DNA of 39,462 nt from Verrucomicrobiota bacterium (lineage in GTDB: Bacteria; Verrucomicrobiota; Verrucomicrobiia; Limisphaerales; UBA1412), in assembly GCA_016283885.1 (NCBI GenBank), contig JAEENR010000198.1, forward strand, positions 1 through 39,462, read 5' to 3'. The notes under the pieces are model-generated. The model saw only the letters and a program-made list of their open reading frames with translations, made no database searches and was not told the origin of the DNA. Below are positions 8,823 through 17,069 of the stretch, one piece after another. Within the stretch, counting starts at the first letter, position 1. Every line of letters starts with the position of its first letter. A program made the position numbers and the translations under genes.

Positions 8823-9047
8823 ATGAATAAAATCAAAGAAATATATATGCCCAATGGAGAGCGTGCCGGTCATTTGCTTGTTGGAGATTACAAGATTGAG
8901 GCTTATTCTTATGATAGGGTATATATTGCAAGATTTGATTTCATCAGTGGGATCACTGATAGAAATGGGAATCACACTCAGGGAACCCCGGATGACTTAG
9001 AAAAAATGGTCATTGATTATTACATTCTCATGCATCCTGAACAATAA
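8823..9047 (+). CDS. hypothetical small protein (74 aa)
   Basis: ATG-initiated ORF in the AT-rich islet, preceded by a very AT-rich stretch. No recognisable motif. Confidence 0.4.
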   Translation: MNKIKEIYMPNGERAGHLLVGDYKIEAYSYDRVYIARFDFISGITDRNGNHTQGTPDDLEKMVIDYYILMHPEQ

Positions 9048-9077
9048 ATGGAATAAAAAGATCAGTTGCTCTCATAA

Positions 9078-9431
9078 TTGCTGAATGTGAAAAAAGGAGT
9101 CTGTATATATTGTGGTTCCAATGTAGAGTTTTCTGGTGACCAATCGGAAATAGTATGTCCTTATTGTAGAGAACAGATAAAAACGCAGAAAGCAGAAAAA
9201 CGTTTGTTGGAACTGCAAAGAGAAAGAAGAAGGGCTATTGCTTTTTTAGTGAATTTTATTGTTTTCGGAGTTGGAACGATTTTTATTATCGGATGCTTTA
9301 GTGGAAAAGAATTTACTATTCTTCCTTATGCGATCTGCCTTGTTATATCCATTATAACAGGGATATTGTTCTTTCAATTATCTAATAACAAATATGTTAT
9401 AGAAATAGTGGGGAAGTTCAGAAAAAGATGA
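9078..9431 (+). CDS. zinc-ribbon membrane protein (N-terminal CxxC...CxxC + two predicted TM helices)
   Basis: CIYCGSNVEFSGDQSEIVCPYCREQI is a 4-Cys zinc ribbon. It is followed by a basic linker (RERRRA) and two hydrophobic stretches (IAFLVNFIVFGVGTIFIIGCF, LPYAICLVISIITGILFF). The start may be GTG 9087 rather than TTG 9078. Confidence 0.5.
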   Translation: MLNVKKGVCIYCGSNVEFSGDQSEIVCPYCREQIKTQKAEKRLLELQRERRRAIAFLVNFIVFGVGTIFIIGCFSGKEFTILPYAICLVISIITGILFFQLSNNKYVIEIVGKFRKR

Positions 9432-9523
9432 TTTTCTAAATGGAGTCATCAGTATAAGAAATTTTTATTATCTTTTTATTCTGTCTCATGTCATATCAGG
9501 AGTTTTCCATGCTTCTGAGAGGG

Positions 9524-9568
9524 GGGACTCTGTAAATGTGATAACGTGTTACAGGGTCCCTTTTTTAT
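9524..9568 (+). terminator. rho-independent terminator closing the AT-rich islet
   Basis: gggactctgtaa (9524-9535) pairs with ttacagggtccc (9549-9560), including one G-U, followed by ttttttattt. The T-tract overlaps the stop of the convergent gene at 9565. Confidence 0.7.
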
Positions 9569-10101
9569 TTCAAAATGGTGAGCGGTGTTCCCTTGAAGTT
9601 TTTATCTCCTGGACGGATGATCCGATCGTGATAAAAGCGGATGTACTGTTTTTTCAGTTTGATCCAGGCGATGTTTTCATCGTAGGGGACAATGACCTTA
9701 TCCACCGTTAAGTATTTGAACTTGGCACCGCGGCGGATCAGCACTTCCAGCATCGGGTCATCATCATCAGGATGCTCCCAGAACTGAGCTTCATGTTCGT
9801 GGATGAGTTTTTTATCTTCATCCAGTAGCTCCACCAGGACATCTTCCGAAAAGGTCGGGTTGTCGATTTTCAGCATCCCACGGTAATCTCCCTTGAGCAT
9901 GCGAATATCTCCCAAATAAAACACGGGAGAGATATTGCCGTATTTATAGACTGTGATCTCCAGAAAAGTAGTGGTCTTCAAATTCTCTGCCTGGTAAGAA
10001 CCTGTCCGCATGGAGTAGTCCTTATCCATCCTGCAGGCTGTGAACAGCAAGCAGGAAATGAGCAATAATAGAACCAGGGTGATAGAGTGTGTGCGTTTCA
10101 T
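9565..10101 (-). CDS. lipoprotein of unknown function
   Basis: The lipobox LLFTAC follows a hydrophobic signal (MKRTHSITLVLLLLISCLLFTAC). It starts 5 nt after the stop of the upstream LVIVD gene and is probably the last gene of that operon. Confidence 0.6.
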   Translation of the reverse strand: MKRTHSITLVLLLLISCLLFTACRMDKDYSMRTGSYQAENLKTTTFLEITVYKYGNISPVFYLGDIRMLKGDYRGMLKIDNPTFSEDVLVELLDEDKKLIHEHEAQFWEHPDDDDPMLEVLIRRGAKFKYLTVDKVIVPYDENIAWIKLKKQYIRFYHDRIIRPGDKNFKGTPLTILK

Positions 10102-10106
10102 CTGTA

Positions 10107-12065
10107 TTAGAACATGATACCGATATCGCCTTTGCCGACTTTACCCTCACGCTGGAGTGTTCGGATGATGCCGTTTTCATCCACATCCTTGATATCCGAA
10201 GAATAGATACGCATTCCGGCGCGGCCATCACCGATGAACGCGAATTTGCCCAGGAAGTACACGGCATGGGCATCACCTGTGGTTTCATAAGTGCCGGCCA
10301 GGAACGGTTCCGCGGAGTTCTTTATATTGACCAGCTGCAGTCCGTTTTCAAAATCGGCTATGTATGCGTAGTTGCCGGAGACCCAGACTCCGCGGGGATT
10401 GCCGGGAGTTTTGCAGACGGACACGACTGTGGGCTTTTTCAAGTTGTGGATATCCACAATGGTCAGTCCTTTGTCATAGTCTGCCAGATAGGCATGATCC
10501 CCCAGTGTGAATACATCCATGAAATTGCCGGTGATTTCGGTTTTATTGATCCGCTTCAGGGCACGGGGATTGCTGATGCTGTAGATCTGCATATCTTTTT
10601 CCGTGATAACAAAGAGATATTTTTTATCCAGGTAGAGCTTCCGGACTTCACATCCCAGATCCAGCCGGGTCGAAAGGATGGGGACATCCAGATCTTTGAC
10701 ATTTACGGATTGGATGGCGTTTCCGTCCGCCAGAAAGATGAATTTCTTGTAGCGGCAAACACTGCGCGCGGGACCTTCCGTATCCAGTTTACAGTAGATT
10801 TCCGGGCGTTTCGGGTCCGAGATATCCAGAATGACCAGCCCCTGATAATCGGCCACATAAACAAAACGTCCGTCCGGAACGACCTGCAAGGCCATGCCGG
10901 GAGTCTTGATCTCGGAGATGAGTCTGGGGCGATAGGTGTCGCTGGCGTTGATGAGTTTGACACCGCCCAGACCGTCCGCGAGGAAAAGTTTTTCGGACTG
11001 CATGACGAGCGATTCGACCGAGCCTTCGATCCCCAGTTCGGCAATGACTTCCACAGGGCTGTCTTCGGAGAGACTTACGATCTTGAGACCATCATCATAA
11101 CAGGCCACAAAGAGATATTCTTCCGTTTCGGTAATCGCCAGATCCCAGCAAGTTCCGGTGATATCGACCGAATGCGTTTCCTTCGGTTCCAGAGGATTGC
11201 TGATATCCAGAAAGTGCAGACCCTCTGGTCCTGCGGCCACATAGAGCTTGTTGCCGTCCAGACTCGGGAGAACAGCGTAAATGTTTTTGAATTTGTCATA
11301 ATGACTGACGATCTGAGGAGCTTTCCGGTCATAAATATTAACGATGTAGATGCCGTCCGTGTAATCAGAGATGCACATCTTATTATTGTTGACCTGGATT
11401 CCGTTCACAAAGCCCGGAGTATCCACTGTGGAAAGAAGTTCCGGTTTCTCCGGGTTGGAGATATCTACAAGATGCGCGCCAGCATCACCGGCGGCAATGT
11501 AAGCGGTATTGCTGACGACCGTCAGCGTGGTGATTTGTCCCGGCAGGGACAGTTCTGCCACTTTGATGAGCGACTTGGGATCCTTCATATCCAGGACGAT
11601 CAGCCCAAAGGAGACATCCGTGACAAAAGCATAGCCGTTTTTGGAATAAACATCCATGATGGCAACTTTTGCCGGATAGTTTCCCAGTTCGGCCGGATAG
11701 GCGATGTTCTCGATATTGGCGATGTTCAGTCCTTTTGTGCTGTCCGCGACCAGGAGATAGGGGGCATCTACATAACACGACACGGCAAGACCCTGAGTGT
11801 CAAAAACGGTACACATTTTAGGAGACCAGGGATCGCTGACATCAGCCACCAGTACGCCGGAGCGTTCTGAGGACATGAAAGCGTAAGAACCGGCCAGCGT
11901 TTGGGCGATATGGACAGAACAGATATCGCCGCGGTTCCAGAACGGATATTTGCCGCGCAGAGTCACCTCGTTGGTTTCCTCGGCGGAGACAGTGGTCAGC
12001 GCCAGCAGAAACAGAATACAGGCACCTATCCAGGAAGTATATAAGGCAAAGTGTTTTTTATTCAT
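10107..12065 (-). CDS. LVIVD-repeat beta-propeller protein, secreted
   Basis: More than 10 repeats of the type GLVILDISDPKRP, GLIVLDMKDPKS, GLTIVDIHNLKKP, GLQLVNIKNSAEP, GAHLVDISNPEKP, GLHFLDISNPLEP (PF08309 pattern). The ORF is open to 12242. The ATG at 12065 (MNKKHFALYTSWIGACILFLLALTTVSA) gives a good signal peptide and overlaps the upstream stop by 8 nt. Confidence 0.8.
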   Translation of the reverse strand: MNKKHFALYTSWIGACILFLLALTTVSAEETNEVTLRGKYPFWNRGDICSVHIAQTLAGSYAFMSSERSGVLVADVSDPWSPKMCTVFDTQGLAVSCYVDAPYLLVADSTKGLNIANIENIAYPAELGNYPAKVAIMDVYSKNGYAFVTDVSFGLIVLDMKDPKSLIKVAELSLPGQITTLTVVSNTAYIAAGDAGAHLVDISNPEKPELLSTVDTPGFVNGIQVNNNKMCISDYTDGIYIVNIYDRKAPQIVSHYDKFKNIYAVLPSLDGNKLYVAAGPEGLHFLDISNPLEPKETHSVDITGTCWDLAITETEEYLFVACYDDGLKIVSLSEDSPVEVIAELGIEGSVESLVMQSEKLFLADGLGGVKLINASDTYRPRLISEIKTPGMALQVVPDGRFVYVADYQGLVILDISDPKRPEIYCKLDTEGPARSVCRYKKFIFLADGNAIQSVNVKDLDVPILSTRLDLGCEVRKLYLDKKYLFVITEKDMQIYSISNPRALKRINKTEITGNFMDVFTLGDHAYLADYDKGLTIVDIHNLKKPTVVSVCKTPGNPRGVWVSGNYAYIADFENGLQLVNIKNSAEPFLAGTYETTGDAHAVYFLGKFAFIGDGRAGMRIYSSDIKDVDENGIIRTLQREGKVGKGDIGIMF

Positions 12066-13335
12066 AAAGCAAATACTTTTCACGATCTTTTTTAAATTGA
12101 GTTTCATCTTTTTTCCAGGCGGCAACGATTTCTTTGGCGGAGACACCTTTGGCCAGACGGTTGCGGATGCCGGTGCCGCCGCAAAGTTTATCGAACAGAT
12201 TCCATGTTTTTCCGCGTTTAACGGATTCCTGATACAAGTCACGCCCGTGGACTTTCTTGATCGCTTCCAGAGCGTAGAAATTGATGGGCATGAGAGGAGC
12301 CGTTGCCGGTTTTGTAAATTGTACGATCACACCATGATAATTGTTTTTTCCGATGGTGTAGTGATAAGGAGCGAACGTAACGCCCGGCAGTTTATAGGCG
12401 TTCATCTGTTTGGCCAGTTTATCCGCGTCGATCCAGGCTGCCGCGATAGTTTCAAAGGGGTGATCTGTTCGTATGCCGATATTGACTCCGCCAGCTTCAC
12501 CGGCCAGTCCGGTAGAGACGTAATGCAAAGGAGTCTTGGCCTTGGGGATATTGGGAGAGGTGGGCACCCATGCGCGGTTCAGATCCAGCCAGGTATATTC
12601 CCGCTTCCAGTGACGCATCTTGATAACGGTCAAGCGGCATTTTTTACTTATCCAGTTTTCTCCGTTGATCATGCGCGCCATTTCTCCGCTGGTCATCCCG
12701 TGAACGTAGGGGATATTCCACTGACTGACAAAGGATTTGTATTTGGGATCCAGGCGGTTGCCTTCCACACGCAGACCTCCCAGAGGATTGGGGCGATCCA
12801 GCACCATAAACGACTTGCCGCATTCGGCACAGCCTTCCATAGCCAGACCCAGCGAACTGACAAAAGTGTAAGAACGGCAGCCGGTATCCTGGATATCATA
12901 AATCAGAATATCCAGATTTTTGAGCATGGCGGCGGTAGGTTTGCGTGTCGGACCGGGACCGTAAAGGGAATAGACCGGCAGACCGGTTTCAGGATCTTTT
13001 GAATCCTTTACTTCTTCTCCGGCTTTGGCTTTACCATAGAGACCATGTTCTGCACCAAACAGCGCGGTCAATTGGACTCCGGGAGCCTTGCGAAGCAGTT
13101 GTATCGTGGAACGTTTTTGAGCAGAAGAGGTTTTGCTGGGAATGAGTGCTGCCGGGTGAGTCAGTAAACCGACCCGTTTCCCTTTGATCACAGAAAAATC
13201 AAGAGATTCCAACACCTCCGCGCCTGTCTGGATATCATGCTTTGTCTGAGCGGCATAGCTGTGCAAAGGACAGCCTGCCGTCAGTGAAAGCATCACTCCC
13301 GCACACAGCTTCAGAAAATCTCTGCGCCCAATCAT
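12058..13335 (-). CDS. DUF1343 family protein, NamZ-like exo-beta-N-acetylmuramidase (GH171)
   Basis: Tat-like signal MIGRRDFLKLCAG. GKRVGLLTHPAA, LFGAEHGLYG, TGLPVYSLYG, ILIYDIQDTGCRSYTF, VLDRPNPLGG, VEGN and IPYVHGMTSGE match the DUF1343/NamZ motif order. Confidence 0.75.
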   Translation of the reverse strand: MIGRRDFLKLCAGVMLSLTAGCPLHSYAAQTKHDIQTGAEVLESLDFSVIKGKRVGLLTHPAALIPSKTSSAQKRSTIQLLRKAPGVQLTALFGAEHGLYGKAKAGEEVKDSKDPETGLPVYSLYGPGPTRKPTAAMLKNLDILIYDIQDTGCRSYTFVSSLGLAMEGCAECGKSFMVLDRPNPLGGLRVEGNRLDPKYKSFVSQWNIPYVHGMTSGEMARMINGENWISKKCRLTVIKMRHWKREYTWLDLNRAWVPTSPNIPKAKTPLHYVSTGLAGEAGGVNIGIRTDHPFETIAAAWIDADKLAKQMNAYKLPGVTFAPYHYTIGKNNYHGVIVQFTKPATAPLMPINFYALEAIKKVHGRDLYQESVKRGKTWNLFDKLCGGTGIRNRLAKGVSAKEIVAAWKKDETQFKKDREKYLLYE

Positions 13336-13454
13336 CTGCCGCAGTTTATCAAAGAGAAAAATGTTGTACAGTAAATAGTCATATTAGAGAAAATCAATTT
13401 TAGCGAAAAATCGGCTTTACAATCAGGGGAGAATCGTTTTTGCTAAGAGGCGGT

Positions 13455-13826
13455 ATGCTGAAGAAGATGCTAATGATCGGAACAGCCGCTTTACTGACCG
13501 CGGGCTGTACCAGTGTGACGAATCTGACTCCGAGCCAAACGCCGAGGACAGAGTCGGGTCTGTATCCTTTTGAGATGATGTTCAATACAAGGGCGACCAG
13601 TGTTGCCCATGACAGCATACAGGCTTATCTGATGCTGGATGGGGATATGATCGAGATGCAGCGCACTCCTCTGCTGACTAACCGCTGGGAAGTGCTGGCT
13701 CCCGTGCCGGCTGGCAAAGATAACATAAACTACCGCTTCAAAGTGAATTACCAATGGAAAGACTTGGGCGGTCGAAAAGAGAACAGCAAGCTCTCGGACG
13801 TGTACAATCTGCAGGTCGGGGAATAG
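13455..13826 (+). CDS. small lipoprotein of unknown function
   Basis: MLKKMLMIGTAALLTAGCTS contains a lipobox. The ORF is open from TTG 13440, but ATG 13455 is preferred. Confidence 0.5.
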   Translation: MLKKMLMIGTAALLTAGCTSVTNLTPSQTPRTESGLYPFEMMFNTRATSVAHDSIQAYLMLDGDMIEMQRTPLLTNRWEVLAPVPAGKDNINYRFKVNYQWKDLGGRKENSKLSDVYNLQVGE

Positions 13827-13978
13827 GGACACGCCGAAGCCGGATAATCTGAGTAGAGGTATCCTGTTAAATTTTTCTGTGATATAGTGACGTAAAATCT
13901 TGCGTCACTGCCGGAACGAAGGTAAAATCCTCACTTGTGCGCTTGCCGGAGGGCAAGTGTGATTTGTATTTTATTCGA

Positions 13979-14194
13979 ATGCCTAAAGAAGAAGCAATAT
14001 CCTTACGCGGACGTGTCGTGCAAGTGCTGCCTGGAACGATGTTTCGGGTGGAACTGCCTAATGGCCATACTGTTTTGGCTCATATTTCTGGAAAAATGCG
14101 CAAGCATTTTATTCGTATCAGCGTGGGAGATAAGGTGGATATCGAGATGTCGCCCTACGATCTGAACAAGGCGCGCATCAAATTCCGCTGTTAG
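13979..14194 (+). CDS. infA: translation initiation factor IF-1
   Basis: [70 protein letters not shown] is collinear with bacterial IF-1 (S1-like OB fold, 71 aa). ATG 13979 gives the canonical length. Confidence 0.95.
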   Translation: MPKEEAISLRGRVVQVLPGTMFRVELPNGHTVLAHISGKMRKHFIRISVGDKVDIEMSPYDLNKARIKFRC

Positions 14195-14241
14195 AATAAG
14201 CTGTTGCTGAGCAGCACAATGGAGGAGGCATTGATCGTCTT

Positions 14242-14874
14242 GTGAAAAAGCAGACTGTCTGGGCCATTTTATTGATGATGGGGTTGGTGCTGACACGCTG
14301 GCCGGGATTGCTGCCGGCTAACTTCAGCGCTATTCATGCTTTAGTTTTCTGTTCTGCCGTCTATTTGCCCAAAAAATGGGGCTGGTGTCTTATCATCCCG
14401 ACGATCCTGATTTCGGATCTTTGTCTGAATCTCTTTCACTACAAGGTAGCACCGTTCCATTTCTATATGCTGCCCAATTATGTCTGCTATATCTGCATAC
14501 TCTTTCTGGGACAGCGTTTCTTTTCTCCAAAATCCTCCTGGGGCAAACTGCTGGGCGGCGGTTTGCTGGGCGCCCTGTTGTTCTACCTGATCAGCAATAC
14601 TTTCTCCTTCTTTGTTGATTCCACCTATCAGAAGACCCTTGCGGGATGGCTCCAGGCGCTGACCATAGGAGTTCCCGGATGGCCTCCTACCTGGTTGTTC
14701 TTCCGCTACAGTCTGATGAGCACCGGCTTGTTCACGGGGCTTTTTGCGGGTGCCATGAAAGCGCTGGAAAAGATATACCCGGAAGAAGAACCGGAAGAAG
14801 CTCCCGAAGAGGATAAAGATGAAGAGAAATCCCCGGAAGAATCCTCCTCTAAAAAAGCTCACGCCAAGGCTTAA
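14242..14874 (+). CDS. polytopic membrane protein (DUF6580-like) with an acidic C-terminal tail
   Basis: GTG start with 5-6 hydrophobic segments. The N-terminal ...LPANFSAIHALVFCSAVYL resembles the NF(S/T)PIGA motif of DUF6580. The tail is EEEPEEAPEEDKDEEKSPEESSSKK. Confidence 0.5.
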   Translation: MKKQTVWAILLMMGLVLTRWPGLLPANFSAIHALVFCSAVYLPKKWGWCLIIPTILISDLCLNLFHYKVAPFHFYMLPNYVCYICILFLGQRFFSPKSSWGKLLGGGLLGALLFYLISNTFSFFVDSTYQKTLAGWLQALTIGVPGWPPTWLFFRYSLMSTGLFTGLFAGAMKALEKIYPEEEPEEAPEEDKDEEKSPEESSSKKAHAKA

Positions 14875-14923
14875 GGATCTTGTATCTCTACAAGGCCGTC
14901 TGTTTACATTCTTTTGAGAAATA

Positions 14924-16294
14924 TCACGGAGTCTTTTTGAGTTCAATGCCGCCGACCCATCCAAAGTGCGGACGGCAGTAACGGACAGGCTCCAGAGCGG
15001 AAAGCGGCTGCGGCTGAGATTCCGGTGAAGTCTGATAGACGAGTTCTTCCGGACGGAAGGGGACAAAATTCATTTCTTTTATCTCGAAGGCATTGCGCAG
15101 CATACGGATGCGCTGCCAGTCGAATCCCATGCAGCGGGCCACGGTGCAGTCCACTGCCAGAGGATGAGTCCCGGCGATGATGACACCCATTTTGACGGGA
15201 TCAGGAGACATGGGGCCGTTGCCTTCTCCGGCAATGATACCGTCCACAACAGTCAGATAACGAAGCGGCTCGGAGCGGCGCTGACTGTCTCCGCGAAATT
15301 GAAAGATACACTTGTTCAGATCCAACACCATGCGCCAGCAGGTGTCGTTCCCATGCCAGTTGCCGGAGCGGACGACTTTCTGAGTATCTCCAAAGAAGAC
15401 TCTTCCCACGCTTTTCAGAGGGACAAAGATCCGGGAGAGAAAAGGATATTTTTTCATCCAGCGTTTGGCGGCTCCCATCCAGGAATGTTCCAGTTTGGCT
15501 TTGGCGGTGTTGGCCGGGAATTGATCTCCGCCCTGATCAGGAGTGCCTTCCGTATGGTGTGGAAGCCAGTTTTTGTTGGCGTTGATCCCGACCAGATTCT
15601 TGAGCGCGCAGGTGATGCCCACTTTTTTGTGGGTCTTCATCTTGGGCAGATTGATCAGAACGTCTGCGTCCATCGGCGTGCGGCAAAGCAGGTATTCATG
15701 GTTGGCCTGCGCATGATGGCGGTTGGTTTCATCCATGTCGATGGATGCGCCGAAGAGCTTGCCCAGTCCTTTGAACTGATAGAACTCGCTGGCTTGATCC
15801 AGATGGACGTGTGTGGAGCCCAGAGGATCTCCCGGCAATTTTGTTTTGGAGACCGTGATCCCGTCCACGGCATGCCATTCTTCCGGGCGCAGATCGAGCA
15901 GAGCGATTTGGACACCGGGATATTTCGACTGCAGTTTGGCGGTGATCTCATCCAGCCGGCAGTATTCACGGATCTTCGCGAAAGAGGAATCTGTCTGAGG
16001 CGCGTCACAGATGGTGATCTTGCCGCTGCCGTCCAGCTGTGACGCGGCCCATTCCGTGACGGCTTCGATCACGGCCGGATGGGTCACGACATGTTCCCAG
16101 GAATCAGGACCGGGGTGACGTTCATCGTGTTCCTTGACCCAGTTGGGTTTGATGACGACATGATCGCCCTTGCGGATGAAGGTGTCGGGCAGATGGAGGA
16201 TGCTCAAGGCCCGGTTGACCATTTCCTGGACATCAGCGGGTCGGCTGTAATCGGTACAGCCTTGACAGAGAGCGACATGGGAAGGAGTTGACAT
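14924..16294 (-). CDS. DUF362 domain-containing protein
   Basis: VVIKPNWV, LPKMKTHKKVGITCALKNLVG and VVDGIIAGEGNGP follow the DUF362 (PF04015) motif order. 456 aa. Confidence 0.65.
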   Translation of the reverse strand: MSTPSHVALCQGCTDYSRPADVQEMVNRALSILHLPDTFIRKGDHVVIKPNWVKEHDERHPGPDSWEHVVTHPAVIEAVTEWAASQLDGSGKITICDAPQTDSSFAKIREYCRLDEITAKLQSKYPGVQIALLDLRPEEWHAVDGITVSKTKLPGDPLGSTHVHLDQASEFYQFKGLGKLFGASIDMDETNRHHAQANHEYLLCRTPMDADVLINLPKMKTHKKVGITCALKNLVGINANKNWLPHHTEGTPDQGGDQFPANTAKAKLEHSWMGAAKRWMKKYPFLSRIFVPLKSVGRVFFGDTQKVVRSGNWHGNDTCWRMVLDLNKCIFQFRGDSQRRSEPLRYLTVVDGIIAGEGNGPMSPDPVKMGVIIAGTHPLAVDCTVARCMGFDWQRIRMLRNAFEIKEMNFVPFRPEELVYQTSPESQPQPLSALEPVRYCRPHFGWVGGIELKKTP

Positions 16295-16296
16295 AC

Positions 16297-16677
16297 TTAT
16301 CGGGATTCCAGCACCACGAAGGCCGTGGCGTATTGTTTTGTGTGACTGAGGGATACATGGATAGCGCCAATATGACGCTGCTGTTGGATAAGGGCGGCTT
16401 TGTCAAAAAGGGTGATATGAGGTTCGCCGTTTTCACCGTTGGAGATCTCTATGTTCTGACAGTTGATCTCGCTGAAGATACCGGTTCCAAAAGCCTTGCC
16501 CAGAGCTTCTTTTGCGGCGAAACGGGCGGCGATCCTTTGTGTTTTGTTGGCGGATCCGCAGCAGGTTTTTATCTCGTCGGGGCGCAGTATCTTGCGGAGG
16601 AACGTCTCTCCGTTCTTCTCCAGCAGAGAGCGGATGCGTTCCACTTCAACGATATCTGTGCCAATGCCGACGATCAT
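16297..16677 (-). CDS. acpS: holo-[acyl-carrier-protein] synthase (4'-phosphopantetheinyl transferase)
   Basis: MIVGIGTDIVEVERI... and ...AARFAAKEALGKA...HVSLSHT... are AcpS hallmarks. ATG 16677 overlaps the upstream stop as ATGA. The longer ORF to 16824 adds a non-homologous His/Arg-rich extension. Confidence 0.9.
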   Translation of the reverse strand: MIVGIGTDIVEVERIRSLLEKNGETFLRKILRPDEIKTCCGSANKTQRIAARFAAKEALGKAFGTGIFSEINCQNIEISNGENGEPHITLFDKAALIQQQRHIGAIHVSLSHTKQYATAFVVLESR

Positions 16678-17060
16678 GACTGGATAAAGAGTTTGACGGC
16701 GGTGATGACCAGCAGCACCGCGAAGATTTTCTTCAGAAGGCTCACGTCCAGCCAGTGACAAAGGTGACTTCCCAGCTGTGCCCCTGCGATGGAGCCCAGA
16801 ATGATGATGATGACCAGTCCCCAATGGGGAAAGGGGTTGTGCGAGGCTGACGCGTGGTACAGATGGGCAATCACACCAGAAAGAGCCGTGGGTATGATGA
16901 TGATCAGTGACGCGGTCACGGCATGTCTGAAGTCAAATTTCAGCAAAGCCGTCATCAGCGGGATCAGGATCACACCGCCGCCGATGCCCAGCAGACCGCT
17001 GGTCGTTCCGGCAGTCAGACCCACCGCGATGGCGAGAAGATATAGAGATAATCCAGTCAT
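16674..17060 (-). CDS. TauE/SafE (TSUP) family membrane protein, half-size (4 TM)
   Basis: GLTAGTTSGLLGIGGGVILIPLM is the TauE/SafE signature. The protein is only 128 aa with about four hydrophobic helices. Confidence 0.65.
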   Translation of the reverse strand: MTGLSLYLLAIAVGLTAGTTSGLLGIGGGVILIPLMTALLKFDFRHAVTASLIIIIPTALSGVIAHLYHASASHNPFPHWGLVIIIILGSIAGAQLGSHLCHWLDVSLLKKIFAVLLVITAVKLFIQS

Positions 17061-17069
17061 TTTACAGAG

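Noticed and set aside
10089-11870. 593-aa plus-strand ORF (and 11950-13002, 350 aa) overlapping the LVIVD and NamZ genes
   Set aside because: These are antisense shadows. The minus-strand frames carry clear family motifs (LVIVD repeats, DUF1343 motifs) and export signals. The plus-strand translations are low-complexity (D/G/I/F/R-rich) with no motif.
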